From NCBI RefSeq assembly GCF_965221685.1, contig NZ_OZ244907.1: a stretch of DNA of 64,000 bases; one strand, given 5' to 3'. The DNA comes from Candidatus Palauibacter sp. GTDB lineage: Bacteria; Gemmatimonadota; Gemmatimonadetes; Palauibacterales; Palauibacteraceae. This document shows positions 58,829 through 64,000 of this stretch, in pieces (the first letter of the stretch is position 1; the number at the start of each line of letters is the position of its first letter). Below the pieces are notes generated by a model. The model was not told the DNA's origin. It worked only from the letters and a program-made list of their open reading frames with translations, and made no database searches. The position numbers and the translations under genes are program-made.

Positions 58829-60133
58829 ATGCGCACACATCGAATCCTCGGGACAGTCTCGCTCCTCGCCGGTACGCTCGTCACGCCGCTGGCGGGGCAG
58901 GATCCCGCCGTGGATGCGGCGGTCGACCGCGTGATCGACCGGATCGTCGACATGCGCCACCGGATCCACCAGTTCCCCGAACTCGGCAATCGCGAGTTCG
59001 AGACCGCCGCGATGGTGGCGGCGCACCTGCGGGAACTGGGGTTCGACGAGGTCACCGAGGGCGTCGCTCACACCGGCGTGATCGGGATTCTCAAGGGCGG
59101 TCTGCCCGGAGATGTCGTCGCGGTGCGGGCGGACATGGACGCGCTCCCCGTCACCGAGAACACGGGGTATTCCTTCGCCTCCACGGTCCGCACGGAGTAT
59201 GGGGGACAGCAAGTCGGCGTGTCGCACGCGTGCGGCCACGACGTTCATACCGCCGTGCAGCTCGGCGTGGCCTCGGTCCTCGCCTCGATGCGCGACCAGA
59301 TCCCGGGCACGATCAAGTTCATCTTCCAGCCGGCCGAGGAAGGACCGCCCCCGGGCGAGGAGGGCGGCGCGGATCTCATGGTCCGCGAAGGCGCGCTGGA
59401 GGGGGTCGTCCCCTCCGCCATTTTCGGGCTCCACACCTTCTCCTCGATGGACGTCGGGACGCTCGGCTACACGCCCGGCCCCGCCTTCGCGGCGGTCGAC
59501 CACTTCAAGATCCGGATCATCGGGCAACAGGCGCACGGCGCGCAGCCGCACACGAGCATCGACCCGGTCGTGATGGCGTCGCAGGCGGTGACCGCCTTCC
59601 AGACCATCCGCTCGCGCAACCTGTCGCCGCTCGAACCCAGCGTGGTCACGGTCGGCGTGATGAGGGGAGGCGAGCGCTTCAACATCATCCCGCAGGAGAT
59701 GTGGCTCGAAGGCACGGTTCGCACGTACAACCCCGATGTCCGGGACGCGGTCGAACGGCGGATGGATGAGATCCTCGAGGGCATCACCCGCGCGGGAGGC
59801 GGCAGCTACGTGCTCGACTACGACCGCGGCACGCCGGCCACGATCAACGACCGTGACCTCACCGCCGAGATGGCGCCGACGCTGGCGAAGATCGTGGGCG
59901 ACGAGAACGTGTTCGTCATCGACCCCACGATGGGCGGAGAGGACTTCGCCTACTTCGCGAACGAGGTGCCGGGCTTCTACTACCGGCTGGGCTCGGTAAA
60001 CCCCGAACTCGGCTCGGGCGGCCACCACACGCCGGACTTCCGCGCCGACGACGCCTCGATTTCGATCGGGATGCGGGCGATGTCGAACCTGCTCCTCGAC
60101 TACCTGAAGTCGCGCCGCCCGTCCACCGACTGA
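58829..60133 (+). CDS. Exported M20D amidohydrolase
   Basis: Signal peptide, H..PEL...EF.T, RADMDALP, HACGHD, FQPAEEG, G...HGA.PH, EDF and HH.P.F. Confidence 0.9.
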   Translation: MRTHRILGTVSLLAGTLVTPLAGQDPAVDAAVDRVIDRIVDMRHRIHQFPELGNREFETAAMVAAHLRELGFDEVTEGVAHTGVIGILKGGLPGDVVAVRADMDALPVTENTGYSFASTVRTEYGGQQVGVSHACGHDVHTAVQLGVASVLASMRDQIPGTIKFIFQPAEEGPPPGEEGGADLMVREGALEGVVPSAIFGLHTFSSMDVGTLGYTPGPAFAAVDHFKIRIIGQQAHGAQPHTSIDPVVMASQAVTAFQTIRSRNLSPLEPSVVTVGVMRGGERFNIIPQEMWLEGTVRTYNPDVRDAVERRMDEILEGITRAGGGSYVLDYDRGTPATINDRDLTAEMAPTLAKIVGDENVFVIDPTMGGEDFAYFANEVPGFYYRLGSVNPELGSGGHHTPDFRADDASISIGMRAMSNLLLDYLKSRRPSTD

Positions 60134-60166
60134 CCGTCGGAGCCGCGGGAGCGCCGCGGCGAGGAG

Positions 60167-61906
60167 CTACGGTTCGACGAGGACATCGCGCCACGCGAGG
60201 CGCGTCACGAGTTCGAGTTCCACGCCCTCGTCGGCGCCCCGCGGCCGCAGGACGACCGGCTCGCCGAGGGGGACGCCGCAGATCGCGAATCTGCCTCCCT
60301 CGTCGGACGCCCCGCCGGCGTATTCCGATTGTTCGGACACGACGGCGGTCCGCGCCGTGCCCTGAAGCCGGCGCACCCGCCACACGACCTCGACCTCGAC
60401 ATCGGGCACCGGCAGCCGCGTCTCCGCGTCGCGTGCGAACCCGACCACGGCACCCGTGCTCCCCTGGGGCGACGAACGGGGACAGACGCGCGCGAAGAGG
60501 GCATCGGCCGACGGCGTCCAAAGCTCGAGGGGCTCGCTGACCCGGTCGTCCACGACGACGCGGGCCTCGTTCATCCGAACGCCGGCGGCACGCAGCCTCG
60601 GATGGTCCACGCCGAGCGCGTATGCGCCGTCCGGCAGCCCGCCCACCTGGAACCGGCCGGCCGGATCGGTGACGGCGCTGAACGGGGCGTCGGCCGCATT
60701 GGGCCGGGGCACGAACGCCGCGGCGTCATCCCAGTCGCGAAGCACGATGTCCGCGGCGCCGAGCGGTTCGCCGCTCACGCTGTCGCGCAGGACGCCCGCC
60801 ACGACGCCTTCTCCCACCTTGAACGAGATTCCCCCGACGAACGCGTCGGACACCGTCCCGCCGGTCTGCCGATACGCCACGAGCACGGCCCGCCGACGAG
60901 ACGAGAGGCCCGCGGTCCCGATACGCCGGGAGTAGCCCCCGACCGGGAAGCGCAGCCACCAATCGCGGACGTAGAAGGGGCCTTCCGGCAGACGGTCGAA
61001 GGTGAGGTCCGCGCCGACGAGCTGACGCCGCGCACCCTCCGGCAGGGGGACGTTGCGGTACCGGATCTGCACGCGCCGGAGTTCCGCGCTCTCCTCGTCA
61101 AGCCAGAGCGTACCCTCGATGTCGATGACGTCCCGGTCGTCCCTCGGGCGGAACGTGACGCCGAGCATCGGTTCGTCATCCACCTCATCGCGGCGGAGCC
61201 CGAAGCAGTGCGTGTCCCTGAACTCCCGAGACAGCAGCACGTTCGCGTCCGGCGCGTAGAAAACCGAGGAATCCGGGTCCACGAGCGCGTAGCCCGACGT
61301 CGTCAGCCGGCCCGCGGGCAGGCTCCGAAACGGCGGCAGGCGCACATGTCGGCGGACGCGGCTCTCGGACTCCAGCGTCGAGAGATATTCGGGATCCAGC
61401 GTGCGCTCGTATTCCGTGAGCGTGAACGTCACTTCGCCCCGGTCTTCGGCCCACACCGCAGTCTCGAGCGCCTTGCGAGCCTCTTCCCAGACGGTGGCGA
61501 GCGCTTCTCCCTCGCTCGGATCGTCGAGACAGGCCGCGGTCACTTCGACGCGCAGATCCACGAGCCGCACGGGTCGCGGCGGGACTTCGACGGTGATCGT
61601 CAGCGTCTGCTCCGCCGTCACTTCGTACGGCTCGGTGACCCAGTTCGCGTATCCGATGCGCTGCACGCGGATGCGGTACTGCCCGGGGCCGGGCGCCAGC
61701 AGCGAAAAGAGGCCGTCCGCCGCCGTGAAGTCGGCCTGCACCGCCTCGCCGGCCGCGTCCAGAAGGCTGACGAAACCGCCCGAGATGAGCGGGCCGCCAT
61801 CGGCTTCGCGTACCGTGCCGTTGATCCGCTGGGCGGCGGCGGGCGAGGCGAACGCCGATGCGATGAAGGCCATCGCGAGCCATGGCAGCAGGAAGCGGAT
61901 CTTCAT
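60167..61906 (-). CDS. Secreted protein with carboxypeptidase-regulatory-like (prealbumin-fold) domains
   Basis: Signal peptide AAA-Q and three G.V.D......L.GA / T...G.F...G.Y units. The middle domain (FYAPDA.VLLS..F...HCF) is unassigned. Confidence 0.7.
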   Translation of the reverse strand: MKIRFLLPWLAMAFIASAFASPAAAQRINGTVREADGGPLISGGFVSLLDAAGEAVQADFTAADGLFSLLAPGPGQYRIRVQRIGYANWVTEPYEVTAEQTLTITVEVPPRPVRLVDLRVEVTAACLDDPSEGEALATVWEEARKALETAVWAEDRGEVTFTLTEYERTLDPEYLSTLESESRVRRHVRLPPFRSLPAGRLTTSGYALVDPDSSVFYAPDANVLLSREFRDTHCFGLRRDEVDDEPMLGVTFRPRDDRDVIDIEGTLWLDEESAELRRVQIRYRNVPLPEGARRQLVGADLTFDRLPEGPFYVRDWWLRFPVGGYSRRIGTAGLSSRRRAVLVAYRQTGGTVSDAFVGGISFKVGEGVVAGVLRDSVSGEPLGAADIVLRDWDDAAAFVPRPNAADAPFSAVTDPAGRFQVGGLPDGAYALGVDHPRLRAAGVRMNEARVVVDDRVSEPLELWTPSADALFARVCPRSSPQGSTGAVVGFARDAETRLPVPDVEVEVVWRVRRLQGTARTAVVSEQSEYAGGASDEGGRFAICGVPLGEPVVLRPRGADEGVELELVTRLAWRDVLVEP

Positions 61907-61964
61907 GCCAAAATGTCGCGAGGCGCCGCCATCGGCGCCAACCCGGGCCGCCGGAGGCCCGCGG

Positions 61965-63980
61965 TCAGTCGGCGAGGCGCAGCGCGATCAGCGTGTTCGG
62001 CGCCTGGATCACGACGTGCTGCCGTCCCTCGTGCATGTACGTCATCATCCCGTACCGCGGCAGCGCCGGCAGCTCGACCTGCCCGAGCCGCTCGCCCGTC
62101 GCCTTGTCCACGGCGAACAGGTAGGAGGTCCCGTCGCTTCCCTCCCCCGTGTACATGAGCAGAGTGCTCGTGACGATCTGGGCGGCCTGCCGTCCCGTGC
62201 CCGTGTTCGGGATGTCCATGCCCTGGAGCGCGTCATGCTCGAGCACGCTGTTCGGCGTGTCTCCCACCGGAATCCACCACAGGTGCTCACCCGTGTTCAT
62301 GTCGATCGCCGTGATCCGGCTGTACGGGGGCTTGAAGAGCGGGAGACCCTGCACCCGCCGAACCCCCGCGAATCCGCCGACCGCGAACTTCGTGATCGTG
62401 GTCCCCGTCTGCGCGGGCTCCCGAGCGTCGCGCTCCCCTCCCGGCACCATGATCCGCGACCCGCACCCCTTCTGCGACGTCACGTAGAGGATGCCCGTCT
62501 CCGGATCCGCCGCCGGCGTCCCGTCGATGTTCGTCCCTCCCACATCTCCCGGACACCACATCGACGCCATCTTGCCGAGATCGTTGTCCCGGTGCAGCGG
62601 CGGCGTGAACAGCGGCCCGATCACGTAATCGTCGAGCGCCTCGATCGCGGCTTCCCGCAGCTCCGGCGTGAAGTCGATCAGGTCGTCGTGCGTCAGCCCC
62701 TGCATGTCGTACGGCGCCGGCCAGGTCGGGAACGGCTGCGTCGGGGAGAGCGCCTCGCCCGGCATGAGACCCTCCGGCACCGGCCGCTCCTCGATGGGCC
62801 AGATCGGCTCACCCGTCTCCCGGTTGAACGTGTACGCGAAGGCCTGCTTCGTGACCTGCACGACCGCCGGAATGTCCTCGCCATCCACCGTCACGTCCAT
62901 CAGCACGGGGATCTGAGGCGTGTCGTAATTCCATATGTCGTGATGCACGAGCTGATAATGCCAAACCCGTTCTCCCGTCTGCACATCGAGCGCGATCAGG
63001 CTGGTGGAGAACAGGTTGTCCCCCGGCCGGAAGCCACCCCAGAAGTCCATCGTGGCCCCGTTGGTCGGGACGTAGACGATGCCCCGCTCCTCGTCCGCCG
63101 AGAGCGGCGCCCACGAGGAGATGTCCCCCGTCCATTCCCACGCGTCGTTCTCCCACGTCTCGTGCCCGAACTCGCCCGGTCCGGGGAGGACGTTGAACTT
63201 CCACATGAAGTCGCCGGTGCGGGCGTCGTAGCCGAGGATGTCGCCCGGCACGTTTTCGCGCCGCGACTGGTTGTAACCCTGCTCGGCGGAGTTGCCGATC
63301 ACGATCACGCCGTTGACGACGATCGGGGGGGACGAACTCGTGATGTAGCCGGTCTCGAGCGGGATGCCATAGTACGGGTCGAACTCGTGCCCCAGCCCCG
63401 CGAGCAGATCGACGACCCCCGACTCGGGGAAGCCCGGGACGCTGACGGGCCCGCCGAAGCCCTCCACGTGCTCGCCCGTGTCGGCCCACAGCGCGTGCAG
63501 GAAGAAGGCGGGACTCACCATGTAGACGACGGCGCGACCATCGATCTCGCCGTACGCGACGCCCTTCCCGTGGTTCTTCCGCATCGAGTACTCCCAGCGG
63601 AAGGTCTCGGGCTCGACGTACTCCCAGATCTTCTCCCCTGTACCGGCGTCGATCGCATAGGTGTGCCGCTTCTCTCCCGCCACCGAGATCAGCATCCCGT
63701 CGACGTAGATCGGCGTGGCGCGCGCGTTCACGGCCGGGTAGTCCGACCCGTCCCAGACCCAGGCGACCTCCAGGTTCTCGAAGTTCCCGGGGTCGATCTG
63801 GTCGAGGGACGAGTAGCGCTGACCCATGTCGTTGCCCGCGATGTTCTTCCACTCGGCGTGGTTCGCCGCGTCCCCGCCACCTTCGGCGCAGCCCGCGACG
63901 GCGACGCCGAACGTGAGCAGGAGTGAGATGCGGCGCCACGTGGACGGCGGCGCATGGGATGCCGAGCGCGCTCTGCTCAT
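61965..63980 (-). CDS. PQQ-dependent dehydrogenase (glucose/quinate-type beta-propeller), lipoprotein
   Basis: Lipobox VAGC, RYS.LDQI...N...L..AW, TP....G.L, A.DA.TG...W repeats, HHDIWNYD and KPPY..ITA.D..TG. Confidence 0.88.
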   Translation of the reverse strand: MSRARSASHAPPSTWRRISLLLTFGVAVAGCAEGGGDAANHAEWKNIAGNDMGQRYSSLDQIDPGNFENLEVAWVWDGSDYPAVNARATPIYVDGMLISVAGEKRHTYAIDAGTGEKIWEYVEPETFRWEYSMRKNHGKGVAYGEIDGRAVVYMVSPAFFLHALWADTGEHVEGFGGPVSVPGFPESGVVDLLAGLGHEFDPYYGIPLETGYITSSSPPIVVNGVIVIGNSAEQGYNQSRRENVPGDILGYDARTGDFMWKFNVLPGPGEFGHETWENDAWEWTGDISSWAPLSADEERGIVYVPTNGATMDFWGGFRPGDNLFSTSLIALDVQTGERVWHYQLVHHDIWNYDTPQIPVLMDVTVDGEDIPAVVQVTKQAFAYTFNRETGEPIWPIEERPVPEGLMPGEALSPTQPFPTWPAPYDMQGLTHDDLIDFTPELREAAIEALDDYVIGPLFTPPLHRDNDLGKMASMWCPGDVGGTNIDGTPAADPETGILYVTSQKGCGSRIMVPGGERDAREPAQTGTTITKFAVGGFAGVRRVQGLPLFKPPYSRITAIDMNTGEHLWWIPVGDTPNSVLEHDALQGMDIPNTGTGRQAAQIVTSTLLMYTGEGSDGTSYLFAVDKATGERLGQVELPALPRYGMMTYMHEGRQHVVIQAPNTLIALRLAD

Positions 63981-64000
63981 CGAAACCTCTTGAACAAGGG

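Overview
High-GC bacterial chromosomal window, densely coding and mostly on the minus strand. Gene content and order suggest Gemmatimonadota, possibly a host- or sponge-associated lineage; this is inference, not a database result. Two long co-directional housekeeping blocks dominate. The first (~2.3-25.6 kb) runs TPR-aroQ-pepP-efp-accB-accC-(comB remnant)-ftsK-lolA-rimO-hemL-lnt-TonB receptor-HDAC-menF-menD-menB-menA-menE-class V aminotransferase. The second (~27.8-47.3 kb) runs radC-rel-uvrB-tsaE-tsaB-rimI-ssb-hemA-tolQ/R/A/B-pal-cpoB-nrdR-tatC-lptD-polyprenyl synthase-DUF4321-tatA. A plus-strand SurA/PpiD-like chaperone separates the two blocks. The flanks are accessory: two paralogous HELGH zinc metallopeptidases (one fused to Ig-like domains and plant-type LRRs), two Met-rich exported paralogs, a Tat GGT + CocE/NonD pair, an arsI/cadI-sigZ-D-amino-acid dehydrogenase unit, an exported M20 amidohydrolase and a PQQ dehydrogenase. 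I saw no tRNA, rRNA, CRISPR array, integrase, transposase or reverse transcriptase. The best leads are: (1) the arsI-sigZ-dadA unit with a candidate ECF promoter; (2) a men cluster lacking menC/menH but coupled to an HDAC-family deacetylase through a 3x14-bp ATGA repeat; (3) dense D-S/T-hydrophobic motifs in envelope proteins, hinting at Bacteroidota-type O-glycosylation; (4) a 51-codon comB relic; (5) an AT-rich codon patch inside uvrB. Many start codons were re-picked by eye from overlaps with neighbouring stop codons and are approximate.
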